Positions 53,386 through 63,783 of a DNA stretch of 64,000 nucleotides are shown in pieces. The notes under the pieces were generated by a model that made no database searches, was not told where the DNA came from, and saw nothing but the letters and a program-made list of their open reading frames with translations. The position numbers were made by a program, and so were the translations under genes. Position 1 is the first letter of the stretch, and each line of letters begins with the position of its first letter. The stretch is from an uncultured Bacteroidales bacterium (lineage in GTDB: Bacteria; Bacteroidota; Bacteroidia; Bacteroidales; CAIXZF01): positions 7,341-71,340 of the forward strand of contig CAZSDK010000006.1 in the NCBI GenBank assembly GCA_964605655.1. The letters run 5' to 3'.

Positions 53386-54843
53386 TTATTTGAGGTTATA
53401 GGCCGTGGAGATGAGGGTACGCACTGCTTCTTCGGAGATCTGCAGCAGGGGCTGGGGGTAACATCCCAGGAGGAGGACCAGCAGTACCAGCGGAACCACC
53501 ATCACCAACTCCCTCTTCCCGATGTCGGAGAAGGTTTCGGTGAGCTCGTTGGCCGGACCGAGGACCACTTTCTGGTAGGCGTACAACATGTACACGGCTC
53601 CCAGGACCAGGGTGAGCCCGCCCAGGAAGGCTGTCCACACCTTGAAAGAGAACAAGCCCAGTATCATCAGCAGCTCTCCGACGAAACCGTTGGTGAGAGG
53701 TAGTCCGACAGAAGCAAGCACAGTAATGAGCAACAGCCCGGCAAACGCCGGGGCAGGGCGTTTGATGCCGCCCAGGTGGGCCATGTTCAGGGTGTCCGTT
53801 CTTTCTTCGATGAGCTGGGCAAAATAAAATAGCAGCACGATGATGATGCCATGGCTGACGCTCTGGAAGAGGACTCCCTGAATGGCGTACTCGTTAAGGG
53901 AGAAGACGGCGGCACCCATGAGTCCCCCGTGGGCCAGGGAAGAATAGGCGAGGAAAGTCTTCAGGTTGTTTTGCTTCAGCGCGATCACCGAAAAATATAC
54001 CATGCCCGCCAGGGCAGCGAGCACGATCCAGTAGCCCCACTGGAGCGAAAATTCGGGGATCACCGGCACCACCCAGCGTATCAGTCCGTAGATACCCATT
54101 TTCATGAGTAATCCTCCCAGCAGCATGCTGCCCTGATAAGGAGCCACAGTGTATGTATCTGGCTGCCAGGTGTGTACAGGGAACAATGGGATCTTGATGA
54201 CAAAAGACAGCAACAATAGCCAGAAGACCCACGACTGGTCGCAGGGTTCCATCTTCATGTTCAGGAAGGCCGAATATTCGAAGCTGTGAGGGGGTGAGGT
54301 TTGAAAATACAGGTATATGAACACCACCAGCAGGAACAGGCTGCCGAAGAGTGCATAGATAAAGAACTTCAGGGTTACCGACTGCCGTCTTTCACCTCCC
54401 CAGAGGAAGAGGATGAAGAAGACCGGCACCAGGGCCATCTCCCAGAAGAGGTAGAAAAGTACGGCGTTGTCAGCCTGGAAGACCCCGTTGAGGGCGAACT
54501 GGGTGAACAGCATCAGAGCCAGGAAGAGCTTCTCCCTGCGGCGTTCCAGGTGGATACCGGCGTACTGGATGAAGGGCATCAGCAGGTTGGTGAGCAGTAT
54601 CATGACCAGGGAGATGCCGTCGATGCTGAGGTGGAAGTTGATGCCGTATTCCGGCATCCAGCTCATGCGAAAGAGGTAGTGATTATCAGCTTGTGAGGGA
54701 AAACGGAAGGCAAGGAGGAGGGTGACGGCCAGCTGCAGCAGCGACAGTGCCAGTGCGGTGGCTTTAGCTACCTTGTTAGACCCGGGGATGAACACCAGGA
54801 CGGCCGTGAGCAGGGGCAGTATCAACAGGACCAGATTCCACAT
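53386..54843 (-). CDS. nuoM: NADH-quinone oxidoreductase subunit M
   Basis: Antiporter-like subunit between nuoL and nuoN. Confidence 0.85.
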   Translation of the reverse strand: MWNLVLLILPLLTAVLVFIPGSNKVAKATALALSLLQLAVTLLLAFRFPSQADNHYLFRMSWMPEYGINFHLSIDGISLVMILLTNLLMPFIQYAGIHLERRREKLFLALMLFTQFALNGVFQADNAVLFYLFWEMALVPVFFILFLWGGERRQSVTLKFFIYALFGSLFLLVVFIYLYFQTSPPHSFEYSAFLNMKMEPCDQSWVFWLLLLSFVIKIPLFPVHTWQPDTYTVAPYQGSMLLGGLLMKMGIYGLIRWVVPVIPEFSLQWGYWIVLAALAGMVYFSVIALKQNNLKTFLAYSSLAHGGLMGAAVFSLNEYAIQGVLFQSVSHGIIIVLLFYFAQLIEERTDTLNMAHLGGIKRPAPAFAGLLLITVLASVGLPLTNGFVGELLMILGLFSFKVWTAFLGGLTLVLGAVYMLYAYQKVVLGPANELTETFSDIGKRELVMVVPLVLLVLLLGCYPQPLLQISEEAVRTLISTAYNLK

Positions 54844-54844
54844 A

Positions 54845-56767
54845 TTACCTGATCATTAAGGATAACATAAAGAAAAGCAATATTCCGGCGAGCATGACGA
54901 AGGCGTAGAAGCTGATGTTGCCGTTCTGCAGCCTTCGCACCTGCCTTCCGGCCTCGAACACCAGGTCCCCGGCCAGGTTCACCAGGCGGTCGATGACGCC
55001 TTTCTCCACCTTCTCGGCGAAGATAGACGACAGGCTCTCGTATGGCCTTACGAACATCCAGTGGTACCATTCATCCACAAAATATTTTTTGACAAGAATC
55101 TTCTGAGGCCAGGGCATGAGTTGTCCGTCGGGACCGGGAACACGGGACCGCTTCACAAACCACCACCAGGCCAGTCCGGTGACTGCCAGAAGCAAGAGAA
55201 ATGATGACAACAGGAGCATCCATTCCAGGGCATGGGACATGGTGGAATGATTGCCGGCTGTGGCTGCCAGCGACGGGCTCAGGAAGGCACTGAAGGTCTC
55301 CCTGCCGTGGAAGAGTGCCGGTATATTCAGAAAGCCTCCGGATACCGAGAGGATAGCCAGGATGAGCAGGGGGATGATCATGACCTTGGGCGACTCATGC
55401 GGTGTGACAGGACTGTCAGCCTTCTTTCCCCTGAAGGACCCGTAAAAGACCAGGTACAACAGCCTGAACATATACAAACAGGTTAGCAGGGCTCCCAGCA
55501 GACCCAGCCAGTAAAGAAGTGGGTTCGCCTCGTAGCTCCTGACGAGGATCTCATCTTTGGAGAAAAAACCCGCGAAAGGAGGAATCCCGGAGATAGCCAG
55601 GGTCCCTATGAGAAAAGTGGCAAAAGTATAAGGAATCCACTTTTTCAGTCCCCCCATCTTGCGGATATCCTGCTCCCCGTGGAGGGCATGGATCACGCTG
55701 CCGGCGGCGAGGAACAGCAGGGCTTTAAAAAAGGCATGGGTGGTGAGGTGAAACACGGCCGAGGAGAAGGCTCCCACCCCCAGGGCCAGGAACATATATC
55801 CCAGCTGGCTGACCGTGGAATAGGCCAGCACCTTCTTGATGTCGTTCTGGAACAGTCCTATGGACGCGGCAAAGAGCGCCGTGGCAATGCCGATGACGGC
55901 TATCACCTCCATGGTGAAGGGAGCCAGGACGAACAAGGGTGAGGATCGGGCGATCATGTAGATGCCGGCCGTCACCATGGTGGCAGCATGAATGAGGGCG
56001 GAGACCGGCGTAGGTCCTGCCATGGCATCGGGAAGCCAGGTGTATAAAGGGATCTGGGCGCTTTTTCCCAGGGCACCGACCAGCAACAATAGGGTCATGA
56101 TGGTGATGTTCAGGTTTCCCGGCTGCTGGCGCGACAAGGCTGCGGCAGCTTCCTGAAAGCTCACGGTCTGAAAGGTATAGAAGAAGAGGAAGATGCCCAG
56201 CAAAAAGCCCAGGTCGCCTATCCTGTTCATGATGAAGGCTTTACGGGCAGCGAGGTTGTACTCCGGAGTCTTATACCAAAAGCCTATGAGCAGGTAGGAA
56301 CACAGTCCGACGCCCTCCCACCCGATGAAAAGGATGAGATAGTTCGCCCCCATCACCAGGAGGAGCATGAAAAAGGTGAACAGGTTCATCTGGGAGAAGA
56401 AGGCATTCAGGCGTTCATCGCCTTTCATATAGCCGATGGAGAAGACATGGATGAGGAGTCCGACGCCCGTGACGATGAGCATCATGGTCACCGAGAGGGG
56501 GTCGATGAGGAAATCCAGGGGCACCTTAAACTGCCTGACCACGATCCAGTCGGTGAGGTGGAGGAGGTGGGTGGTGTTTCCTGCCTGGCGGATGCCGATA
56601 AAAAGTAGTAAGGTGAAGAGGAATGACATCCCTACCGACAGGGAGGCGAGATACCCACCGCGGGTACCTGGTATCCTCTTGTGTCCGAGGCTGTTCACCA
56701 GGAATCCTGCCAGGGGGAAGAGGGGTACGAGCCAGCTGAGCCGGATGAGGTATTCAGGGTTCACCAT
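54845..56767 (-). CDS. nuoL: NADH-quinone oxidoreductase subunit L
   Basis: 640-aa antiporter-like subunit with a C-terminal extension. Follows nuoK. Confidence 0.9.
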   Translation of the reverse strand: MVNPEYLIRLSWLVPLFPLAGFLVNSLGHKRIPGTRGGYLASLSVGMSFLFTLLLFIGIRQAGNTTHLLHLTDWIVVRQFKVPLDFLIDPLSVTMMLIVTGVGLLIHVFSIGYMKGDERLNAFFSQMNLFTFFMLLLVMGANYLILFIGWEGVGLCSYLLIGFWYKTPEYNLAARKAFIMNRIGDLGFLLGIFLFFYTFQTVSFQEAAAALSRQQPGNLNITIMTLLLLVGALGKSAQIPLYTWLPDAMAGPTPVSALIHAATMVTAGIYMIARSSPLFVLAPFTMEVIAVIGIATALFAASIGLFQNDIKKVLAYSTVSQLGYMFLALGVGAFSSAVFHLTTHAFFKALLFLAAGSVIHALHGEQDIRKMGGLKKWIPYTFATFLIGTLAISGIPPFAGFFSKDEILVRSYEANPLLYWLGLLGALLTCLYMFRLLYLVFYGSFRGKKADSPVTPHESPKVMIIPLLILAILSVSGGFLNIPALFHGRETFSAFLSPSLAATAGNHSTMSHALEWMLLLSSFLLLLAVTGLAWWWFVKRSRVPGPDGQLMPWPQKILVKKYFVDEWYHWMFVRPYESLSSIFAEKVEKGVIDRLVNLAGDLVFEAGRQVRRLQNGNISFYAFVMLAGILLFFMLSLMIR

Positions 56768-57090
56768 TTCAGTCGGTTAAGCAGGTTGATATCGATGGAG
56801 TCGGAGTTTCTTTTCATCATCACGAGGATAGCCAGTCCGACGGCGACTTCCGCGGCGGCGACGACCATGATGAAGAAGACGAACACCTGACCGGCAGGGT
56901 CGGAGTGGTAGGCCGAGAAGGCCGCCAGGAGGAGGTTCACCGAATTCAGCATAAGTTCTATCGACATGAGGATGATGAGGGTGTTTCTCCTGAAGAGCAC
57001 CCCGAGCACCCCGATGGAAAAGAGGGCGGTAGCCAGGAACACGTAATGTTCCAGGGGTACGATCTGTATGGCGGTTTTCAGGGATTCCAT
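56761..57090 (-). CDS. nuoK: NADH-quinone oxidoreductase subunit K
   Basis: 109-aa 3-TM subunit in the conserved position. Confidence 0.9.
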   Translation of the reverse strand: MESLKTAIQIVPLEHYVFLATALFSIGVLGVLFRRNTLIILMSIELMLNSVNLLLAAFSAYHSDPAGQVFVFFIMVVAAAEVAVGLAILVMMKRNSDSIDINLLNRLKW

Positions 57091-57091
57091 G

Positions 57092-57595
57092 TCAGTTTTT
57101 TTTCGAAGGTTCGCGTTTACCCAGCATCACGGCGCCCACCATGGCGGAGATGAACAATACGGATGACACCTCAAAGGGGATCATATAGTCCTGGTACAGC
57201 ACCATACCCAGCCTGCTCACCAGCCCGATCTGGGGGTCGAAGTCATGGGCGGGCTGTATGGCAGCAGCCCCTCTGAGTCCGGCCAGGAGGACCAGGAACA
57301 GCAATCCTCCGGAGATAACGGCCGAGATTTTTGTCAGGGGTATCTTGTGTGGCTCGTTGGTCTTGTTCAGGTTCAGGAGCATGATGACGAAGAGGAAGAG
57401 CACCATGATGGCTCCGGTATAGACGATCACGTGGACGACGGCGAGGAACTGGGCGTTGAGAAGGATATAATGACCGGCCACGGCCAGGAAACAGATCACC
57501 AGGTAGATCACGCTGTTCACCGGGCTTTTGGCCAGCACCATGAGCAGGGCGCTCACGATGGCTACGACGGCTAACAGGTAAAAGAGGAATTCCAT
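57092..57595 (-). CDS. nuoJ: NADH-quinone oxidoreductase subunit J
   Basis: 167-aa membrane subunit in the conserved position. Confidence 0.85.
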   Translation of the reverse strand: MEFLFYLLAVVAIVSALLMVLAKSPVNSVIYLVICFLAVAGHYILLNAQFLAVVHVIVYTGAIMVLFLFVIMLLNLNKTNEPHKIPLTKISAVISGGLLFLVLLAGLRGAAAIQPAHDFDPQIGLVSRLGMVLYQDYMIPFEVSSVLFISAMVGAVMLGKREPSKKN

Positions 57596-57604
57596 GGTGT
57601 ATCT

Positions 57605-58180
57605 TTATTTGTTATGGGCAAAGTTGGGATTTTTCTTGAAGTCGAGCACCTTGTCGGTCTGTCGGGCGGAGATGTCGATCCTGCCGGCCGGATCTAAGGG
57701 TTCGAGGAGCTGGTCTTTCCCAAAGACGAAAGGTTCTCTCTCGTAATCCGACTCGACGATGCGGTCGGTAAGGAAGATGGCTTCCTTGGGACAGGCTTCC
57801 TCGCAGTCGCCGCAGAAGATGCATCTCAGCATGTTGATCTCGTAGGTGACCGCATATTTCTCTTCCCTGTAAAGCTTTTCCTCACCGGGTTTTCTTTCGC
57901 CGGCCACCATGGTGATGGCTTCTGCCGGGCAGGCCACGGCACACAGTCCGCAGGCGGTACATCTTTCCCTCCCCTGCTCGTCCCGCTTCAGCACATGCCG
58001 TCCACGGTAGACCTTGCTGAAAGGTCTTTGTTCCTCGGGATATTTGATGGTAGCCTTCTTCCTGAACAGATGCTGCAGGGTGATCCACAAACCGGCGATG
58101 ATACCCGGGAGGTAGATCCGCTCTGCGAGGGTCATCTTCTTCTGAGATACTTGTTTCGATCTGTTTGTCAGGGGTTTCAT
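57605..58180 (-). CDS. nuoI: NADH-quinone oxidoreductase subunit I (2x[4Fe-4S])
   Basis: CTACGLCAVACP and CIFCGDCEEACP ferredoxin motifs. Confidence 0.9.
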   Translation of the reverse strand: MKPLTNRSKQVSQKKMTLAERIYLPGIIAGLWITLQHLFRKKATIKYPEEQRPFSKVYRGRHVLKRDEQGRERCTACGLCAVACPAEAITMVAGERKPGEEKLYREEKYAVTYEINMLRCIFCGDCEEACPKEAIFLTDRIVESDYEREPFVFGKDQLLEPLDPAGRIDISARQTDKVLDFKKNPNFAHNK

Positions 58181-58190
58181 CGTTGCGGTA

Positions 58191-59222
58191 TTAGAACAGA
58201 TCTTTCAGAAAGACAAAACCTCCGGTGAGGAGTATGTTGAGTATGGCCAGGGGGATCAGGCCTTTCCACCCCAAATTCATGAGCTGGTCGTAACGGAACC
58301 TTGGGAGCGTCCATCTGACCCACATAAATACGAAGATGATCAGGATGATCTTGATGAAGAAGAAGAAGCTCCCCAGGAGGGTCATGGTATTTGGTGAGAG
58401 GCCGAGGTGGTGGATGAGCGGCATCTGGTAGCCTCCGAAGTAGAGGGTGGCGATGACGGCAGCAGAGATGAACATGTTGATATATTCGGCAAAGAGGTAG
58501 AAGCCCAGCTTCATGCTGCTGTATTCGGTGTGGAAGCCGCCGATGAGCTCCGTCTCACATTCAGGGAGGTCGAAGGGAGCCCGGTTGGTCTCGGCGAAGG
58601 CACAGATCAGGAAGATGAGGAACCCCAGGGGCTGGTAGATGATGTTCCAGTGCCACCCGGCCTGCTGGTCCACGATCTCTTTCATGCTGAGGGATCCGGT
58701 GAAAAGGATGAGGGCGATGATCGACATCCCCATGGCGAGCTCGTAGCTGATCATCTGTGATGCAGCCCTGATGGACCCCAGCAGGGCGTATTTGTTGTTG
58801 GAAGCCCATCCGCCGAGCATGATGCCGTAGACGCCGATGGAGACCATGGCAAAGACGTAGAGTATCCCGATGTTGAGGTCGGCGACCTGAAGGGAGAAGG
58901 TCTGTCCTTTGACCGTGAATTCCCCTCCCCAGGGGATGACGACCCCGGTGAGCAGGGCCGTGGTCATGGCGATGGAAGGTCCCATGATGAACAGCAGCCT
59001 CTGGGCGGTGAGGGGGATGATCTCTTCTTTCATGAGCATCTTCACCCCGTCGGCCAATGGCTGAAGGATACCCCAGGGGCCTGCCCGGTTCGGACCCAGC
59101 CTGTCCTGGATGAAAGCAGCCACCTTCCGTTCCACATAGGTGGCATACATGGCCACCACCAGGGTCACTCCCAGGATGACGAACAGAAAGACGATCTTAT
59201 ATCCGAGCTGAATACTTTCCAT
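58191..59222 (-). CDS. nuoH: NADH-quinone oxidoreductase subunit H
   Basis: Family-typical FIQDRLGPNRAGPWGILQPLADG and AETNRAPFDLPE. Confidence 0.9.
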   Translation of the reverse strand: MESIQLGYKIVFLFVILGVTLVVAMYATYVERKVAAFIQDRLGPNRAGPWGILQPLADGVKMLMKEEIIPLTAQRLLFIMGPSIAMTTALLTGVVIPWGGEFTVKGQTFSLQVADLNIGILYVFAMVSIGVYGIMLGGWASNNKYALLGSIRAASQMISYELAMGMSIIALILFTGSLSMKEIVDQQAGWHWNIIYQPLGFLIFLICAFAETNRAPFDLPECETELIGGFHTEYSSMKLGFYLFAEYINMFISAAVIATLYFGGYQMPLIHHLGLSPNTMTLLGSFFFFIKIILIIFVFMWVRWTLPRFRYDQLMNLGWKGLIPLAILNILLTGGFVFLKDLF

Positions 59223-60185
59223 CTAGCTTTTCTTTTTATAGACAGGATCCCTGGGCGCTTGTTTCATATACTCGTAAAGGTTTTGGGAGATGACCGAATC
59301 ATGGGAGATGATCCTGGGGCCTTCCACCGTCCATGCTTCCAGCTCTTTCTTCTCAAAACGGCATTCATTGCAGATAAATTCCTCGACCTCCCCATACCTG
59401 TCTTTTCTTCCGGTGACCCTGAGTATCTCTTTTCCGCTCATCCAAAGCACCACCCTGCCGCTGCATCTGCCGCATTCCCTGTGGGCATCATAAGGCTTGG
59501 TGAACCAGACGCGGCTTTTAAAACGGAAGGTCTTGTCGGTGAGCGCTCCTACCGGACATACATCAATCACGTTGCCGGAGAAGTCATTGTCGATGACCTT
59601 TTCGATATACGTTCCTATCTCTGCCTTGTCTCCCCTGAATAGTACGCCGTGGACCCTGTTGTTGGTGATCTGGTCGGCCACATGGACACAGCGGTAGCAG
59701 AGGATGCAGCGGTTCATATGAAGCTGGATGAGGTTGCCGATGTCGATACGTTCAAAAGTCCTTCGTTCATATTCATACCTGGAACCGGACACGCCATGCT
59801 CATAGCTGAGGTTCTGCAGGTCACATTCCCCGGCCTGGTCGCAGACAGGACAGTCGAGCGGATGGTTGATCAGAAGAAATTCCACGATATGTTTCCTGGC
59901 GTCCAGCACCTCAGGGGAGGTGATGTTTCTCACTTCCATACCGTCCATCACGACGGTGGAGCAGGAAGGCACCAACTTGGGCATGGGACGGGGATCTTTT
60001 TCAGACGATTTGGTGACCTTGACAAGGCAGGTACGGCATTTTCCTCCGGTGCCGGGCAGCTTGGAATAATAGCACATGGCCGGTGGGACGATCTTTCCGC
60101 CTGCCTTTCGGGCGGCGTTCATGATGGTCGTTCCTTCTTCCACCTCTATTAAGATATCATCTATGGTTACCTTGACAAGGGACAT
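59223..60185 (-). CDS. nuoG: Short NuoG-type Fe-S subunit (2Fe-2S plus 4Fe-4S N-terminal part only, 320 aa)
   Basis: N-terminal 2Fe-2S ferredoxin-like MCYYSKLPGTGGKCRTCLV, HPLDCPVCDQAGEC, and CILCYRCV. No molybdopterin-like C-terminal domain. Confidence 0.8.
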   Translation of the reverse strand: MSLVKVTIDDILIEVEEGTTIMNAARKAGGKIVPPAMCYYSKLPGTGGKCRTCLVKVTKSSEKDPRPMPKLVPSCSTVVMDGMEVRNITSPEVLDARKHIVEFLLINHPLDCPVCDQAGECDLQNLSYEHGVSGSRYEYERRTFERIDIGNLIQLHMNRCILCYRCVHVADQITNNRVHGVLFRGDKAEIGTYIEKVIDNDFSGNVIDVCPVGALTDKTFRFKSRVWFTKPYDAHRECGRCSGRVVLWMSGKEILRVTGRKDRYGEVEEFICNECRFEKKELEAWTVEGPRIISHDSVISQNLYEYMKQAPRDPVYKKKS

Positions 60186-61474
60186 TTTCCGGAGGTTACA
60201 TGTTCTTCAAATTCACTTCTGAAATGCCTGATGGCGCTGCTGACAGGCCATGCAGCGGCGTCGCCCAGCGGACAGATGGTATTTCCTTCAATATGATTGG
60301 CAACATCCATCAGCAGGTCAATATCTTTCATGCTGCCTTTCCCTTCTTCCAGCTGGTGGAGCACTTTTTCCATCCAGCCGGTTCCTTCGCGGCAGGGACT
60401 GCATTGCCCGCAGGACTCATGATGGTAGAACCGGGTGAAATTCAATACGTTAGAAACAATGCAGGTAGTGTCGTCCATCACGATAAAACCTCCCGAGCCG
60501 AGCATAGTGCCTGTCTGGAAACCGCCTTCCGACAAGGACTCATAGGAGATGAGGCGAGGCTGACCTGCAGCGGTCTTCAGGATGAGGGATGCCGGGAGTA
60601 CGGGGACGGAAGATCCTCCGGCCACCACGGCTTTAAGCTGATGTCCGTCGCGTATGCCTCCGCACCATTGGTCTGAATAGATGAACTCCTCCACCGGGAG
60701 GCCCATCTCCACCTCGAAGATACCAGGATGGTTAATATGACCGCAGGCCGAAATCAGCTTGGTGCCCGTGCTTTTTCCCACGCCGGTCTGTGCATAGGCC
60801 GCTCCACCGTTCATGATGATCCAGGGGACAGAAGAGAGCGTTTCGACGTTGTTGACCACTGTCGGACAGCCCCACAGGCCCGAAACGGCGGGAAACGGGG
60901 GTTTCATCCGGGGGTTTCCCCTTTTTCCTTCCAGGGATTCGATCAGGGCGGTCTCTTCTCCGCATATATAAGCACCTCCGCCGGGATGACAAAAAATATC
61001 GAGGGAATAGTCTGAGCCGAGGATGTTTTTTCCCAGGAATCCGGCCTGGTAGGCTTCTTTGATGGCTTTTTCCAGTATCCTGAGCACATAGAAAAGCTCA
61101 CCGCGGATATAGATGTAAGCGGTTTTGGCTTCCAGTGCAAAGGCCGATACGATGATACCTTCTATCAGCAGGTGGGGATTCCGCTCCATGAGGTAACGGT
61201 CCTTGAAGGTTCCGGGTTCGCTCTCATCGGCATTGCAGATAAGGTAATGAGGTTTGCCTGTCCCCCGGGCCAGGAAGCTCCATTTCATCCCTGCAGGGAA
61301 ACCGGCACCTCCGCGACCCCTCAGGTTGGAGGTCTTCACCTCCTCCACCACCTGCATGGGATTCATCTCCTTCAGGGCCTTCTCCACCGAACGGTAGCCT
61401 CCCAGCTTCCGGTACACCTCGAAAGTGCTGAGGCCGGGTACGTCGATATGCTCGGTGAGGATCTTCAGGGCCAT
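60167..61474 (-). CDS. nuoF: NADH-quinone oxidoreductase subunit F (FMN/NADH-binding)
   Basis: GRGGAGFPAG, the GEETALIESLEG segment, and the ESCGQCSPCREG 4Fe-4S motif. Confidence 0.9.
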   Translation of the reverse strand: MALKILTEHIDVPGLSTFEVYRKLGGYRSVEKALKEMNPMQVVEEVKTSNLRGRGGAGFPAGMKWSFLARGTGKPHYLICNADESEPGTFKDRYLMERNPHLLIEGIIVSAFALEAKTAYIYIRGELFYVLRILEKAIKEAYQAGFLGKNILGSDYSLDIFCHPGGGAYICGEETALIESLEGKRGNPRMKPPFPAVSGLWGCPTVVNNVETLSSVPWIIMNGGAAYAQTGVGKSTGTKLISACGHINHPGIFEVEMGLPVEEFIYSDQWCGGIRDGHQLKAVVAGGSSVPVLPASLILKTAAGQPRLISYESLSEGGFQTGTMLGSGGFIVMDDTTCIVSNVLNFTRFYHHESCGQCSPCREGTGWMEKVLHQLEEGKGSMKDIDLLMDVANHIEGNTICPLGDAAAWPVSSAIRHFRSEFEEHVTSGKCPLSR

Positions 61475-61477
61475 GGA

Positions 61478-62035
61478 TCAGAGATACGGATTTTGGTGTG
61501 AGGTCAGTGCCGGGTCGTTGTAGGGTTCCAGGAGACGGTCGATCTTGCCTTCATTCATGTTCAGATGATAGTCAGTGCCCACCTGTATCACAGGGGCGTT
61601 GCCACAGGCAGCCAGGCATTCCACGGTTTTCAGCGTAAACCTGCCGTCGGCAGTGGTCTCACCCACCTTAATATTCAGCTTCTTCTCCAGATAGCTTACC
61701 AGCTCCCCGGCACCACCCAGCTGGCAGGGACCGGTGCGGCATACTTCGATCACGCAACGGCCTACAGGCTGCAGGTTGAACATGGTATAAAAGGTAGCCA
61801 CTTCATAGACTTCGATAGGAGATATCCTCAGTAAGGCGGCCACTTCATCCATGGTCTCCGTGCTGAGCCATCCGCCGGCACTGGCCTGGGCTATATGAAG
61901 CAAAGGGATGAGCGCCGATTTTTGTTTTCCTTCAGGATACCTGGAAATGAGGTCACGGGCCAGTTTCAGGGTCTCTTCGTCAAACAAAGGCGGCTTATGT
62001 TGTATATCATTCATCATCAATAACTTATCAGGCAT
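61478..62035 (-). CDS. nuoE: NADH-quinone oxidoreductase subunit E (2Fe-2S)
   Basis: Thioredoxin-like 2Fe-2S motifs CRTGPC and CLAACGNAP. Confidence 0.9.
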   Translation of the reverse strand: MPDKLLMMNDIQHKPPLFDEETLKLARDLISRYPEGKQKSALIPLLHIAQASAGGWLSTETMDEVAALLRISPIEVYEVATFYTMFNLQPVGRCVIEVCRTGPCQLGGAGELVSYLEKKLNIKVGETTADGRFTLKTVECLAACGNAPVIQVGTDYHLNMNEGKIDRLLEPYNDPALTSHQNPYL

Positions 62036-63266
62036 CCAGTTCTCCGGCTATGATGTTCATGCTGCTCATGGTGAGCACAGCATCAGAGAGCATACTCCCT
62101 TTGATCATCTCCGGATAAGCCTGGTAAAAAATAAAACAGGGCCGGCGAAAGTGCAGCCGGTAAGGGGTCCTTCCCCCATCGCTGACCAGGTAAAATCCCA
62201 GTTCACCGTTGGCACCTTCCACGCAATGGTAGACTTCTCCTGCAGGGACTTCGATCTCGCCCATCACGATCTTAAAGTGATAGATCAGGGCTTCCATATC
62301 CTGGTAGACCTCCTCCTTGGGAGGCAGGAAGAACTTCGGGATGTCAGCGTGATAGGTCTGTTTGTCGTCCATCTTCTCCAGTTTCTCCATGGCCTGCCGG
62401 ATGATCTCCAGGCTCTGCCACATCTCTTCCTGGCGGACGATAAAACGGTCGTAGGTATCTCCGTTTTCCCCGACGGGAATGAAGAAATCAAAATCTTCGT
62501 AAGAGGAATAGGGATGAGCCACCCTCACGTCATAGTCCACGCCGGCGGCTCTCAGGTTGGGTCCGGTAAGCCCGTATGCCAGAGCTCTTTCGGCGAAGAT
62601 GGGACCGACATTGATGGTACGGTCCATGAAGATGCGGTTCCTTTTCAGCAGCTTCTCAAATTCCTTAAGGACCTTGGGGTATTCATCCAGGAACTGCCTG
62701 AGTTTCGCCCAGGCTTTCCCACTGAAGTTGCGTTCCAGTCCGCCGATACGGCCGAGGTTGGTGGTCAGCCTCGAACCGCATATCTCTTCATAGATCTCAT
62801 AGATCTTTTCTCTTTGCTGGAAGAGATATACAAATCCGGTCAGGGCCCCGCTGTCGACACCGATGACCGAGTTGCAGATGTTGTGGTCGGCCAGGCGGGC
62901 CAGCTCCATGATGATCACCCTGAGGTAATCCACCCTCTTCGGTATCTCGATACCAAGGAGTTTCTCCACGGTCATGTGCCATCCCAGGTTGTTGATAGGG
63001 GCAGAACAATAGTTCAGGCGGTCGGTGAGGGGTGTGACCTGGTAAAAAGGCCTTCGCTCCGCCAGCTTTTCGAAGGCCCTGTGGATGTATCCGATGGTCT
63101 GTTCGGTCTCCACCACAAACTCCCCGTCCATGGTCATCACATTCTGAAACACCCCGTGGGTGGCCGGATGCGTGGGACCCACATTCAGGATATTGTACTC
63201 ACGGTGCTCCTCACCCGTCACCAGGTCCGACAAAGGATTTTTTGTATGTTCTGCAGGTATCTTCAT
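62028..63266 (-). CDS. nuoD: NADH-quinone oxidoreductase subunit D
   Basis: NVGPTHPATHGV and GYIHRAFEK motifs. Start placed at the ATG at 63266, 1 nt after the nuoC stop; the track start at 63287 is also possible. Confidence 0.9.
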   Translation of the reverse strand: MKIPAEHTKNPLSDLVTGEEHREYNILNVGPTHPATHGVFQNVMTMDGEFVVETEQTIGYIHRAFEKLAERRPFYQVTPLTDRLNYCSAPINNLGWHMTVEKLLGIEIPKRVDYLRVIIMELARLADHNICNSVIGVDSGALTGFVYLFQQREKIYEIYEEICGSRLTTNLGRIGGLERNFSGKAWAKLRQFLDEYPKVLKEFEKLLKRNRIFMDRTINVGPIFAERALAYGLTGPNLRAAGVDYDVRVAHPYSSYEDFDFFIPVGENGDTYDRFIVRQEEMWQSLEIIRQAMEKLEKMDDKQTYHADIPKFFLPPKEEVYQDMEALIYHFKIVMGEIEVPAGEVYHCVEGANGELGFYLVSDGGRTPYRLHFRRPCFIFYQAYPEMIKGSMLSDAVLTMSSMNIIAGELDA

Positions 63267-63267
63267 A

Positions 63268-63783
63268 TCATCTACCAAACATCGCATCGTTTTTATCTTC
63301 CCGGGTCTGGTCTTCCAGGGGGAAGTCTTTCCTTAATGGAAATCCTTCAAAATCATCGACATTTAAAATCCTTTTCAGTCCCGGATGTCCGTCGAAAAGG
63401 AATCCGAAAAAGTCATAAGTCTCTCTTTCCATCCAGTTGGCCGTGGGAAACAGGGGGGTCATAGAAGGGAAATGTACGTCATCCGTATTATTGAACACCT
63501 TGATCCGCAGCCTGTGGTTCAGGGTCATGCTGTGGAGATGGTACACCATGCCCCAGGGAAGGTCACTATCGGGGTAGTGAATGCCGCAGAGGGTGGTAAG
63601 AAAAGTATATTGCAGCTCAGGCTCCTCCTTTAAAAAACGGATAAGGTCGAAAAGCACCTCCTTGTCCACGGTGATCACCAGCATGTCGGTGATAAACTCC
63701 TCGCGGAGTATCCCTTCCGGAAAGCGCTGTTTTAGCTTTTCCATTGTCATTTGGTCGATATCCGGCTGCTGTCTGAACATCAT
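63268..63783 (-). CDS. nuoC: NADH-quinone oxidoreductase subunit C
   Basis: [13 protein letters not shown] motif, 171 aa, between nuoB and nuoD. Confidence 0.9.
   Translation of the reverse strand: MMFRQQPDIDQMTMEKLKQRFPEGILREEFITDMLVITVDKEVLFDLIRFLKEEPELQYTFLTTLCGIHYPDSDLPWGMVYHLHSMTLNHRLRIKVFNNTDDVHFPSMTPLFPTANWMERETYDFFGFLFDGHPGLKRILNVDDFEGFPLRKDFPLEDQTREDKNDAMFGR

Noticed and set aside
61908-63464. 518-aa plus-strand ORF antisense to nuoD/nuoC. Similar long antisense ORFs occur at 9989-10930, 29270-30286, 19354-20169, 37127-37924 and 15751-16497.
   Set aside because: Each lies entirely opposite a gene with strong family motifs, and their translations are low-complexity with no motifs. 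Long stop-free antisense frames are an expected by-product of codon bias in moderately GC-rich genes.
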